This document shows positions 1 through 13,300 of a stretch of 64,000 nt of DNA, in pieces; the stretch's first letter is position 1; each line of letters begins with the position of its first letter. Source of the stretch: Macrostomum hystrix (Eukaryota > Animalia > Platyhelminthes); assembly GCA_950097015.1 (NCBI GenBank), contig CATNEN010000003.1:10726001-10790000 (forward strand), in the 5' to 3' direction. A program made the position numbers and the translations under genes. The notes under the pieces are model-generated. The model was not told where the DNA came from, made no database searches, and saw only the letters and a program-made list of their open reading frames with translations.

Positions 1-150
1 AGAATCCGCCCCTTCAATCTTCTAGAATCCGCCCCTTCAATCTTCTAGAATCCGCCCCTTCAATCTTCTAGAATCCGCCCCTTCAATCTTCTAGAATCCG
101 CCCCTTCAATCTTCTAGAATCCGCCCCTTCAAGCTTCTAGAATCCGCCCT
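1..150. repeat. 23-bp minisatellite (AGAATCCGCCCCTTCAATCTTCT)n, truncated by the window start
   Basis: About 6 direct tandem copies visible. Confidence 0.95.
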
Positions 151-1519
151 TTAAGCTTCTTGACGTTTGTAAAAACGTTTTGCAACCAAATTCTTCCGTT
201 TTGTTATAATCTAGCATGGTAAACACTTCTGGAAGAAAATAATGTTTTGTAAAGTAGCAACTTATGAATATATTTCAATATGTAAGAGTACATAAGGTAA
301 GGAAAAATCAGAGCTAAAAGTCTTTAAAAAAATTATTGTATTTTCAGCCCAGGAAATCAAACGATAGCTAGCTCATTAAAATCTCGAAAAAATCATGTTT
401 AAACTATTGTAGTGTAGCTGGGTCAATATTTTCTGATCAATAAAACAGAAACAATGACAGGAAGCCGGTGTGATTTTTCCCAGCGCTAAAATTTAACTGT
501 GCTCCTTTTTATAGATTTAAGAATTCGTTTTTACAGCAATTTTATATACTATAACCAACCAATTGAGCTATAAACTCCGTGTAGCTAAATTAACTGTATC
601 AAATGTCATCCGGCAGTCTATCTTTACTGACTTAGAGAGGGACCTCTTCAGTTGGTTGTGATCCCTTAGCTGAAATTATAACGCATATTACAAAATATAT
701 AGCTACGGGTCCACATTTACAACGAAATGTACCAGTTCAAAAAAGACTAAGAGGTCACAGTTTTGTCTAGTGTGCATTTAGTGGACGCATGCTGCAAGAC
801 AAACTGTTTGATGATTGTTATTGTATAAATCGTAAACATTCAACAGATTCTGTAGATGATGGTTATTATTAAACACTGCAATTTTTGATTCATTAAAGTG
901 CTTCACTTTAGGCTTCAATGTATGCATGTTTTGTGCGTAGATAGGTACATGCATTATGCATTTACATATGTAGCCGGATGTTAAAAATTAGCTGCATTCT
1001 TTCTGATAAAGGCTCAGTTCTGTAGGAAAATTCAGTTCTATGTTTAAATGAATGTTTTAAAAACATTGTGATCGAGATATTGAACATATATGCGCTATTA
1101 AATTGTGAGGATATCAAACAATTTGTATATATGTCACGAAGTTTATCCTGTATTTTTTACTTTAGCCCGCAGCCTGTTAGTGGTTAGTGTGGGAAACAAA
1201 ATCACGTATCATTATTATCTTTCATCTTTTTAGGGTTCTATTTTAGCGGAGAATTTTAAATCGTATTAACAAAGCAAAAACACAGAAACTGTGATCGCTT
1301 TTAAAGAAGCAAATACGCGTACAGTTTAACTTGCTACTATTTATAAAAACGTTTTATATTCAGAGTAATTTTTGTGCCGTGTTGTTTACGACAAGTTTTC
1401 ACTTTATATAAAATATACATTTTCAGATTTTCTTATTAATCATTTCTTAAGGCTAATCTCTCTAGTTGTTTAGCAAGGCAAAAAATTAAGTTTTTATTTT
1501 CGTTCATCTTTTACTAAAA

Positions 1520-4500
1520 ATGCCTTGCGGATTTCAGACATGTGGCCCAAATGAGGCTCTTGTTATTTCGGGTAAGCAGCATTCGTAATAATCCCTTGTC
1601 TTCTTTTCTGTAGTCATTGTTGGCTATGTATAGGCCTAGCTACATCTATTTATCACATCACTTTTAATTACAGTTCTAATGTAATTTTGAGTTGGCTTAT
1701 ATTTATAACTTGATGCCTATGGTTCTGATAATATTTCTGTAATACTAGAACTGTTTATTTTAGTTTAATATCCTAGGTTTTATATAAATAGCAAACCAAA
1801 TCAGAAAAACTTAAATGGTCTATGTTGTCTTATGTGAAGTCCACACCAATAAATTAAACACAATATAAAAGTGTAACTCAATTCTAAATGCATTAAGTAG
1901 CACATACTTTAGTTAACTTACATATTGTTTTTTGGAATTCATGATTAAGTTGATTATATATCTAAATAAGACAACAAATCTATTATTGAATTTAAAGAAT
2001 TTTAAAATAACTTATCTAGAACAGAATAGAAAAAAGTAATTTTTCCAGATTTTTATATTATTGTGGATAGAATTGAGTCAAGGCAAGTGGTGTTGCAAAG
2101 TGGTCAACAATCAAAGAGCAGACAGAGCCCTTTCAGTGTGATACATTATTATTAATAGTTAGCAGTGGTAGATCCATCATGTGCATTAATAATCACACCA
2201 TAAAGAATGCCATAATCAGCAGTTTTAATAGAAAAAATGTACTTCGAAACATAATCTTTTTACTTTTCCACTAGAATCTTGTCTGACTACCATCTTAGCT
2301 AACTAGATTGGGGTGGTTGAGCAGCAGAGCAGTTAACACATTAGCCACTCACACCAAGGTCCCTGAGTTTGATTCTATGGTGAGGCCACACATATTTAGG
2401 GCGCTGTCATGCAAAGGCTTGGAGGTAAATTTATGCACTTGATTGACAACCTGCACAGCACAGTGATTTAGTGTAAGTGACAATGAGAAAGTCAGGGCAG
2501 TTGTATGAGCATGTGCCTGCGTACAGTATCCATGTGCGTGTGTGCTCAGTAGTTAGAGAAGTGGGCAGAATTGCCTCCTCACTGGCTGCAACTGGTCTGA
2601 TGTCACCAAATGATGTGCCATTGCTAGCAGCCCTCCTGCAGTTATTATTATATTATTACATGTTGCTAGATAGGGAAATAATATAATCCAGAGAGGTTAT
2701 ATTCTACTCAACAAAATGTAGCTACGGCTCGTAATCTGAGTTGTGAGTCACAAAATCTTATCAAATTTTTGCTCACAGGCTGCTGCCTCGGCAAGCCATT
2801 GTACATCCCCGGCGGTAGGAAGTTTATCCTACCAGGGATTCAGCAAGTCCAGCGCATCTCCCTGAACACAATGACCATCACCATTGAGTCTCCAAAGATT
2901 TACACCCAGTTGGGTGTGCCAGTGACTGTCACCGGGGTGGCCCAGCTGCGCATCAAAGGCCAGAATCAGGAGATGCTTGCTGCCGCTTGCGAACAATTTC
3001 TAGGCAAAACTGAGCACGAAATCGCCGAAGTTGCTAGGGAGACACTTGAAGGTCATCAGCGCGCAATCATGGGCAACATGACCGTGGAAGAGATCTACAA
3101 GGATAGGAAGAAGTTTAGCAAGGCCGTGTTCGAGGTCTTTGACAATTTTTCAACTTGCCTGTTTCTGAAATAAGTGTTAAGAACTAAGAGTTTGTGATCG
3201 TGATGAATGTACTGTAATGACCAATCTTGAGATCATGAATGAAAGGATGGTAATGACCAATCTTCAGATCATAATTTAACAGTTGGTAATAACCAATATT
3301 GTGATCATAAATGAAAGGATAGCAATGACCAATCTTGAGATCATGAATGAATAGAGGGTAATGACAAATCTTGAGATCTGCATGAATGAAAGAATGGTAA
3401 TGACCAATCTTCAGATCATGAATGAAAGGATGGTAATGACCAATCTTCAGATCATGAATGAAAGGATGGTAATGACCAATCTTCAGATCATGAATGAAAG
3501 GATGGCAATGACCAATCTTCAGATCATAATTGAAAGGATGGTAATGACCAATCTTCAGATCATGAATGAAAGGATGGTAATGACCAATCTTCAGATCATG
3601 AATGAAAGGATGGTAATGACCAATCTTCAGATCATGAATGAAATGATGGTAATGACCAATCTTCAGATCATGAATGAAAGGATGGTAATGACCAATCTTC
3701 AGATCATGAATGAAAGGATGGTAATGACCAATCTTCAGATCATGAATGAAAGGATGGTAATGACCAATCTTCAGATCATGAATGAAAGGATGGTAATGAC
3801 CTATCTTGAGATCATAAACAAGTCGAGTAGCATGGAAACTCACGAGTATAAAATAATCAATCACGTGACCAAAAATGGTTGTCCAGGTGGCCTCGTCAGA
3901 CCTGGTCAACATGGGCATCAGCGTGGTCTCCTACACCCTGAAGGACATCAAAGACGATGAAGGCTACCTGAAGGCTCTCGGCCTGTCCCGCACCGCCCAG
4001 GTGAAACGGGACGCTCGCATTGGCGAGGCCGAAGCGCAGAAGGAGTCTGGCATTAAAGAGGCCATGGCTGATCAAGAACGCATGGCGGCCAAGTATAAGA
4101 ATGACATCGAGATTGCTAAATCACAGCGAGACTACGAACTAAAGAAGGCCGCATTCGATCAGGAGGTTCAGGCTAAAAAAGCCGAATCGGACCTGGCCTA
4201 CGAGCTTCAGGCCGCCAAGACTAAGCAGCAGATCAAAGAGGAGGAGATGCAGATTAAAGTGGTTGAACGAACTCAGCAGATCAATGTGCAGGTGACTGAG
4301 TGAACCACCTTTGTTTTGTGACTTTTTTGTTTAGATTAAAGTGGGTGCAATTCTACAGAGATTATACTTTGAGGGCAGAGATTCCACTAAGGTTAGATTT
4401 GGAAGGCTGAGATTCCAGTGAGATTAGATTAGCGAGGCTGGGATTTCAGTGAGATTAGATTAGCAAGGCTGAGATTCCAGTGAGATTAGATTAGCAAGGC

Positions 4501-5144
4501 TGAGATTCCAATGAGATTAGATTAGCAAGGCTGAGATTCCAGTGAGATTAGATTAGCAAGGCTGAGATTCCAGTGAGATTAAATTAGCGAGGCTGAGATT
4601 CCACTGAGATTAGATTAGCAAGGCTGAGATTCCAGTGAGTTCTCACCCCATTGCGCAGGAGCTGGAAATTGTTCGCAAGGAGCGCCAACTTGACGCAACT
4701 GTACGCAAGCCGGCCGAAGCTGAGCGCTACAGACTGGAGAAAATCGCCGAAGCCGAGAATCAGAAGATTGTACTCGAAGCCCAGGCCGAAGCTGAATCCA
4801 TTCAACTCAAAGGCGAAGCCGAGGCCTACGCAATCGAGGCTAGGGCGAAGGCTACGGCTGAACAGATGGCCAAGAAAGCCGACGCCTGGAAGGAATACGG
4901 CGAGGCTGCTAAACTCGACCTGGTGCTGAAAACTCTGCCAAAACTGGCTGCCGAAATTGCTCAACCGTTGGCCGGCGTTAAAAAGATCACAATGGTTAGC
5001 AACGGCGGCAAAGGCACGGAGCTGGGAGCCGCTAAAATCACCGGCGAAGTCATGGACATCATGGAGAGGCTGCCACGGGTCGTCAATGCCATGGCGGGCG
5101 TGGACATCGCCAAGACTATGGGCGCTGGCAGCAAGGCGCGGTAA
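1520..5144 (+). CDS. FLOT1: Flotillin-1 (SPFH/band 7 + flotillin coiled coil); exons 1520-1571, 2779-3134, 3887-4291, 4659-5144
   Basis: Spliced translation [18 protein letters not shown]|CCLGKP...[13 protein letters not shown]...[32 protein letters not shown]|[23 protein letters not shown]...|[27 protein letters not shown]...[12 protein letters not shown]; all introns GT-AG with consistent phases. Confidence 0.95.
2310..2660 (+). mobile_element. tRNA-derived SINE, diverged copy in flotillin intron 1
   Basis: Reverse complement of the copies at 44603-44919 and 39485-39685; tRNA-like head with a degenerate B box (GTTTGATTCT) and a (TTA)n tail. Confidence 0.8.
3215..3815. repeat. 33-bp minisatellite in flotillin intron 2
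   Basis: (ATGAATGAAAGGATGGTAATGACCAATCTTCAGATC-like)n; source of spurious ORFs 3184-3918 and 3361-3960. Confidence 0.95.
4380..4640. repeat. 31-bp minisatellite in flotillin intron 3
   Basis: (GAGATTAGATTAGCAAGGCTGAGATTCCAGT)n ending about 20 bp before the acceptor. Confidence 0.95.
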
Positions 5145-5209
5145 CTCATTGTTGATCGATTTGATAAATTCGACGGATTAATTTTGATCGATCAATTGGT
5201 TTTTTTTTC

Positions 5210-6165
5210 TATGGGATCTGAGATGGGATTTGGGAGTTGATTTTGATATGGGATCTGAGATGGGTTTTGGGAGTTGATTTAGATATGGGATTTGGGAGTT
5301 GATTTAGATATGGGATTTGGGAGTTGATTTAGATATGGGATTTGGGAGTTATTTTAGATATGGGATTTGGGAGTTGATTTAGATATGGGATTTGGGAGTT
5401 ATTTTAGATATGAAATCCGAGATGGGTTTTGGGAGTTGATTTAGATGTGGGATCTGAGATGGGTTTTGGGAGTTGATTTAGATATGGGTTTTTGAAGTTG
5501 ATTTAGATGTGGGATCTGAGATGGGATTTGGGATTTGATATAGATGTGGGATCTGAGATGGGTTTTGGGAGTTGATTTAGATGTGGGATCTGAGATGGGA
5601 TTAAGGATTTGATTTAGATATGGTATCGGAGATGGGTTTTGGGAGTTGATTTAGATGTGGGATCTGAGATGGGTTTTGGGAGTTGATTTAGATGTGGGAT
5701 CTGAGATGGGATTTCGGATTTGATTTAGATATGGTATCGGAGATGGGTTTTTGGAGTTGATTTAGATGTGGGATCTGAGATGGGTTTTGGGAGTTGATTT
5801 AGATGTGGGATCTGAGATGGGATTTCGGATTTGATTTAGATATGGTATCGGAGATGGGTTTTTGGAGTTGATTTAGATGTGGGATCTGAGATGGGATTTC
5901 GGATTTGATTTAGATATGGTATCGGAGATGGGTTTTTGGAGTTGATTTAGATGTGGGATCTGAGATGGGTTTTGGGAGTTGATTTAGATGTGGGATCTGA
6001 GATGGGATTTCGGATTTGATTTAGATATGGTATCGGAGATGGGTTTTGGGAGTTAATTTAGATGTGGGATCTGAGATGGGTTTTGGGAGTTGATTTAGAT
6101 ATGGGTTTTTGAAGTTGATTTAGATGTGGGATCTGAGATGGGATTTGGGATTTGATTTAGATATT
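5210..6165. repeat. 25/37-bp minisatellite downstream of the flotillin stop
   Basis: (GATTTAGATGTGGGATCTGAGATGGGTTTTGGGAGTT)n and shorter variants. Confidence 0.9.
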
Positions 6166-7321
6166 GGATATAATATTGTCTAATCGACGCTAATATATTT
6201 GTTGCTATTTTCACGACTAAAATTAACGCTTTTTAAATTATCCATTTGTTTCTTCAACTGGCCCTGTAATCATGAGCTGAGTATTTTTATACAGTTAAAC
6301 AAAAGCGCTTACGGTTAATATGCGAATTGATATACATTTGCTAAAACTCTCTTAGGTACACTGAGTTTATTTGTTTTGAGCATCGTTTTAATACATTCAA
6401 ACATTGTTTAAATATTCTCCTTAAATACACACTTTATTTCTGCAGTTAAAAGAGAAATTTCACGGCCTTCATGGCGCGAATTCAAACTTTATGAAGAATC
6501 GCGCGACATTTTCAGTTTTTATCCGAAATTTGGGTTCGAAAATCTCGGATACTTACTAGACTGTTTATCTGATGTATTGTCGATTTCTGATTCATAATGC
6601 ACCATGTTTCATATGCTTGCCGATAGTCTAGAATGCATGTATATTATTCTGTGCGTCATATTTATATACTACTATCATTTTAGGTGTCAGTAGATATGTC
6701 CGTTTTTTTATTATCCAATGCTAGAATTTGAAACATTTTCAGATTTTTTAGGGTTTTGCCTACTTAATAAACTAAACTACTTCCCATCGGAATTAATTAG
6801 GATCTTGTGCTAATACTTCTGTCCCAAAGCAGGTTTTTACATTTATTGACTTGTTATTCAGCTTACAGTTGCATGAATATTTATTTATAAAATACAATCT
6901 GGCGTTTTTATATTGGCTATTAAAAATCTAACCTCTAAAAATTACTGCAAATTGCAGATTTTTCTGCGTTTTCTGCTTTTTTGAAGCTAAAATTAGATTA
7001 TTTTCATAAGTATTTGGCATCGAGACCGTTTGTTTTTTAGGAGTGTGGTGGTTTTCAAGGCAATACATTTTCTGCCTCTCCATCAGCCTAGCCAATCTAA
7101 TTGATAGAAATAATAATAACAATAAAGCCAGTGAAATTCAGTAACTCGTGACTTTTTCTTTCTGCAGCTGCTCGCCAACAACCAATGAGCAACTCGGAGC
7201 AGAGAAACAACTCTGAAAGGCTTCTTATTGGCTGAGCAGAATTATAAATACTGCTATTTGGTGGGAGCCTAAACTAATTTGGCTGCAATCGAAAATCGAA
7301 TCGCTTACCGCACCTTGCAAA

Positions 7322-10300
7322 ATGTTCCCCTTTCTGAATTTGCTCTCACGAGTCGTGCTTTTCCTGATGAACTCACTTCATCCTGAAGAGAAGCAGCAAG
7401 CGTCACTCACTGACGAGGAGCTGCTGGCTGCCATCAGGGACGACGACGTGGCCTCAGTAGATCGGCTCATTGCCAGTGGCAAGAGCATCGACGCCTTCGT
7501 TGCGTTTAGAGGCACATTTTATACCCCAGCGATGCTTGCGTGCGAATTCGGAAGACACGACATCCTGATGAGACTCATCCACGGCAGGGCGGATGTAGAC
7601 AAGCAGAACTGGAGAGGAACCACGGCATTGTGGATTGCATCACAAAATGGTTATCAGCAGCTTGTGGATTCGCTCATCAGAGCACAAGCCGACATCAACA
7701 TTCAACAACACCAGGGCACATCACCTCTCTGGATTGCCTCACAAGAAGGCCATCATGAGGTGGCTCGCTCACTCATTCAAGCAGCAGCCGATGTCAATCT
7801 TCAAGAGAAAGTTGATGGCTTATCACCTCTCTACATTGCCTCACATTTCGGCCGTCATGAGGTTGCTCGCTCACTCATTCAAGCAGGAGCTGACGTCAAT
7901 CTTCAAGAGAAAGTTAATTGCTTATCACCTCTCTACATTGCCTCACAAAAGGGCCATCATGAGGTTGCTCGCTCACTCATTCAAGCAGGAGCTGACGTCA
8001 ATCTTCAAGAGAAAGTTAATGGCTTATCACCTCTCTACATTGCCTCACAAAATGGCCATCATGAGGTGGCTCGCTCACTCATTCAAGCTGGAGCCGACGT
8101 CAATCTTCAAGAGAAAGTTAATGGCTTATCACCTCTCTACATTGCCTCACAAAATGGCCATCATGAGATGGCTCGCTCACTCATTCAAGCAGGAGCCGAC
8201 GTCAATCTTCAAGAGAAAGTTGATGGCTTATCACCTCTCTACATTGCCTCACATTTCGGCCGTCATGAGGTTGCTCGCTCACTCATTCAAGCTGGAGCCG
8301 ACGTCAATCTTCAAGAGAAAGTTAATGGCTTATCACCTCTCTACATTGCCTCACAAAATGGCCATCATGAGGTGGCTCGCTCACTCATTCAAGCTGGAGC
8401 CGACGTCAATCTTCAAGAGAAAGTTCATGGCTTATCACCTCTCTACATTGCCTCACAAAATGGCCATCATGAGGTGGCTCGCTCACTCATTCAAGCAGGA
8501 GCTGACGTCAATCTTCAAGAGAAAGTTAATGGCTTATCACCTCTCTACATTGCCTCACAAAATGGCCATCATGAGGTGGCTCGCTCACTCATTCAAGCAG
8601 GAGCTGACGTCAATCTTCAAGAGAAAGTTAATGGCTTATCACCTCTCTACATTGCCTCACAAAATGGCCATCATGAGGTGGCTCGCTCACTCATTCAAGC
8701 TGGAGCCGACGTCAATCTTCAAGAGAAAGTTCATGGCTTATCACCTCTCTACATTGCCTCACAAAATGGCCATCATGAGGTGGCTCGCTCACTCATTCAA
8801 GCAGGAGCTGACGTCAATCTTAAAGAGAAAGTTGATGGCTCATCACCTCTCTACATTGCCTCAGAAAATGGCCATCATGAGGTTGCTTGCTCACTCATTC
8901 AAGCAGGAGCTGACGTCAATCTTCAAGAGAAAGTTAATGGCCGCTCATCTCTCTACATTGCCTCACAAAATGGTTATCATGAGGTGGCTCGCTCACTCAT
9001 TCAAGCTGGAGCCGACGTCAATCTTCAAGAGAAAGTTCATGGCTTATCACCTCTCTACATTGCCTCACAAAATGGCCATCATGAGATGGCTCGCTCACTC
9101 ATTCAAGCAGGAGCCGACGTCAATCTTCCAGAGAAAGTTCGTGGCGCGTCACCTCTCTACATTGCCTCACAAAAAGGCCGTCATGAGGTGGCTCGCTCAC
9201 TCATTCAAGCAGGAGCTGACGTCAATCTTCAAGAGAAAAAATATGGCGCGTCACCTCTCTACATTGCCTCACAAAATGGCCATCATGAGGTGGCTCGCTC
9301 ACTCATTCAAGCAGGAGCTGACGTCAATCTTCAAGAGAAAGTTAATGGCTTTTCACCTCTCTACATTGCCTCACAAAATGGCCATCATGAGGTGGCTCGC
9401 TCACTCATTCAAGCAGGAGCTGACGTCAATCTTAAAGAGAAAGTTGATGGCTCATCACCTCTCTACATTGCCTCACAAAATGGCCATCATGAGGTTGCTC
9501 GCTCACTCATTCAAGCAGGAGCTGACGTCAATCTTCAAGAGAAAGTTAATGGCCGCTCATCTCTCTACATTGCCTCACAAAATGGCCATCATGAGGTGGC
9601 TCGCTCACTCATTCAAGCAGGAGCCGACGTCAATCTTCCAGAGAAAGTTCGTGGCGCGTCACCTCTCTACATTGCCTCACAAAAAGGCCGTCATGAGGTG
9701 GCTCGCTCACTCATTCAAGCAGGAGCTGACGTCAATCTTCAAGAGAAAAAATATGGCGCGTCACCTCTCTACATTGCCTCACAAAATGGCCATTATGAGG
9801 TGGCTCGCTCACTCATTCATGCAGGAGCTGACGTCAATCTTCCAGAGAAAGTTCATGGCTTATCACCTCTCTACATTGCCTCACTTTGCGGTCATCATGA
9901 GGTGGCTCGCTCACTCATTCAAGCAGGAGCTGACGTCAATCTTCAAGAGAAAGTTGATGGCTTATCACCTCTCTACATTGCCTCACAAAATGGCCATCAT
10001 GAGGTGGCTCGCTCACTCATTCAAGCAGGAGCCGACGTCAATCTTAAAGAGAAAAAATATGGCTCATCACCTCTCTACATTGCCTCACAAAATGGCCATC
10101 ATGAGGTGGCTCGCTTACTCATTCATGCAGGAGCTGACGTCAATCTTCCAGAGAAAGTTCATGGCGAGTCACCTCTCTACATTGCCTCACAAAATGGCCA
10201 TCATGAGGTTGCTCGCTCACTCATTCAAGCAGGAGCTGACGTCAATCTTCAAGAGAAAGTTAATGGCCGCTCATCTCTCTACATTGCCTCACAAAATGGT

Positions 10301-13300
10301 TATCATGAGGTGGCTCGCTCACTCATTCAAGCAGGAGCCGACGTCAATCTTAAAGAGAAAAAATATGGCTCATCACCTCTCTACATTGCCTCAGAAAATG
10401 GCCATCATGAGGTTGCTTGCTCACTCATTCAAGCAGGAGCTGACGTCAATCTTCAAGAGAAAGTTAATGGCCGCTCATCTCTCTACATTGCCTCACAAAA
10501 TGGTTATCATGAGGTGGCTCGCTCACTCATTCAAGCTGGAGCCGACGTCAATCTTCAAGAGAAAGTTCATGGCTTATCACCTCTCTACATTGCCTCACAA
10601 AATGGCCATCATGAGATGGCTCGCTCACTCATTCAAGCAGGAGCCGACGTCAATCTTCCAGAGAAAGTTCGTGGCGCGTCACCTCTCTACATTGCCTCAC
10701 AAAAAGGCCGTCATGAGGTGGCTCGCTCACTCATTCAAGCAGGAGCTGACGTCAATCTTCAAGAGAAAAAATATGGCGCGTCACCTCTCTACATTGCCTC
10801 ACAAAATGGCCATCATGAGGTGGCTCGCTCACTCATTCAAGCAGGAGCTGACGTCAATCTTCAAGAGAAAGTTAATGGCTTTTCACCTCTCTACATTGCC
10901 TCACAAAATGGCCATCATGAGGTGGCTCGCTCACTCATTCAAGCAGGAGCTGACGTCAATCTTAAAGAGAAAGTTGATGGCTCATCACCTCTCTACATTG
11001 CCTCACAAAATGGCCATCATGAGGTTGCTCGCTCACTCATTCAAGCAGGAGCTGACGTCAATCTTCAAGAGAAAGTTAATGGCCGCTCATCTCTCTACAT
11101 TGCCTCACAAAATGGCCATCATGAGGTGGCTCGCTCACTCATTCAAGCAGGAGCCGACGTCAATCTTCCAGAGAAAGTTCGTGGCGCGTCACCTCTCTAC
11201 ATTGCCTCACAAAAAGGCCGTCATGAGGTGGCTCGCTCACTCATTCAAGCAGGAGCTGACGTCAATCTTCAAGAGAAAAAATATGGCGCGTCACCTCTCT
11301 ACATTGCCTCACAAAATGGCCATTATGAGGTGGCTCGCTCACTCATTCATGCAGGAGCTGACGTCAATCTTCCAGAGAAAGTTCATGGCTTATCACCTCT
11401 CTACATTGCCTCACTTTGCGGTCATCATGAGGTGGCTCGCTCACTCATTCAAGCAGGAGCTGACGTCAATCTTCAAGAGAAAGTTGATGGCTTATCACCT
11501 CTCTACATTGCCTCACAAAATGGCCATCATGAGGTGGCTCGCTCACTCATTCAAGCAGGAGCCGACGTCAATCTTAAAGAGAAAAAATATGGCTCATCAC
11601 CTCTCTACATTGCCTCACAAAATGGCCATCATGAGGTGGCTCGCTTACTCATTCATGCAGGAGCTGACGTCAATCTTCCAGAGAAAGTTCATGGCGAGTC
11701 ACCTCTCTACATTGCCTCACAAAATGGCCATCATGAGGTTGCTCGCTCACTCATTCAAGCAGGAGCTGACGTCAATCTTCAAGAGAAAGTTAATGGCCGC
11801 TCATCTCTCTACATTGCCTCACAAAATGGCCATCTTGAGGTGGCTCGCTCACTCATTCAAGCAGGAGCCGACGTCAATCTTCCAGAGAAAGTTCGTGGCG
11901 CGTCACCTCTCTACATTGCCTCACAAAAAGGCCGTCATGAGGTGGCTCGCTCACTCATTCAAGCAGGAGCTGACGTCAATCTTCAAGAGAAAAAATATGG
12001 CGCGTCACCTCTCTACATTGCCTCACAAAATGGCCATTATGAGGTGGCTCGCTCACTCATTCAAGCAGGAGCTGACGTCAATCTTCCAGAGAAAGTTCAT
12101 GGCTTATCACCTCTCTACATTGCCTCACTTTGCGGTCATCATGAGGTGGCTCGCTCACTCATTCAAGCAGGAGCTGACGTCAATCTTCAAGAGAAAGTTG
12201 ATGGCTTATCACCTCTCTACATTGCCTCACAAAATGGCCATCATGAGGTGGCTCGCTCACTCATTCAAGCAGGAGCCGACGTCAATCTTAAAGAGAAAAA
12301 ATATGGCTCATCACCTCTCTACATTGCCTCACAAAATGGCCATCATGAGGTGGCTCGCTTACTCATTCATGCAGGAGCTGACGTCAATCTTCCAGAGAAA
12401 GTTCATGGCGAGTCACCTCTCTACATTGCCTCACAAGAAGGCCATCATGAGGTGGCTCGCTCACTCATTCAAGCAGGAGCCGACGTCAATCTTCCAGAGA
12501 AAAAATATGGCGCGTCACCTCTCTACATTGCCTCAAAAAATGGCCATCATGAGGTGGCTCACTCACTCATTCAAGCAGGAGCTGACGTCAATCTTCAAGA
12601 GAAAGTTCGTGGCTCATCACCTCTCTACATTGCCTCACAAAATGGCCATCATGAGGTTGCTCGCTCACTCATTCAAGCAGGAGCTGACGTCAATCTTCCA
12701 GAGAAAGTCCATGGCGCGTCACCTCTCTACATTGCCTCACAAAATGGCCATCATGAGGTGGCTCGCTCACTCATTCAAGCAGGAGCCGACGTCAATCTTC
12801 AAGAGAAAGTTGATGGCTTATCACCTCTCCATATTGCCTCACAAAATGGCCATCATGAGGTGGCTCGCTCACTCATTCAAGCAGGAGCTGACGTCAATTT
12901 TCAAGAAAAATCATTGAAGCAGCGATCCAGCAGAAGGTATGTATTTGATTAAAATTAAAAGTTTGTAATTATAATAATTCATTTCTATTGCCTTATCGGG
13001 ACAGATGTGCAGCTGACGGGACTCATTGCGTAACGCATTTGCATCTGCAATACGAGCTCAATACAAGCAAAGATTCCAGTTTCTTACTTGCACAACCTGC
13101 TCATCTGTTATTATTTTTCTCAGACGTTTTGTTTTTGAGTTTGTGTCATTATTCCTGGATATGCTCACTGCTTCTAGAGAAAACACTAACCACAAAACTT
13201 CACTGTCTAAACAGGCAAAATCTTTTAAATGTTTCTGAGCATGGAAAATTTGAGCAAGGGAATTTAATAGAAGTTTGAAAACCGCTTTCACTACTCCTCT

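Noticed and set aside
3184-3960. Repetitive ORFs [12 protein letters not shown] / [12 protein letters not shown]
   Set aside because: Translations of a 33-bp minisatellite inside flotillin intron 2.
7700-12910. CRISPR-like appearance (constant repeat plus variable segment)
   Set aside because: The variable parts are a few codons in a protein-coding ankyrin unit, not unique spacers; the context is eukaryotic with no cas genes.
7635-12917. 1760-aa alternative-frame ORF overlapping the ankyrin array (and fragments in 20494-24423)
   Set aside because: It follows automatically from a 102-bp unit that lacks a stop in that frame. In copy 2 it is broken by every CAAATAA unit, so it is not conserved.
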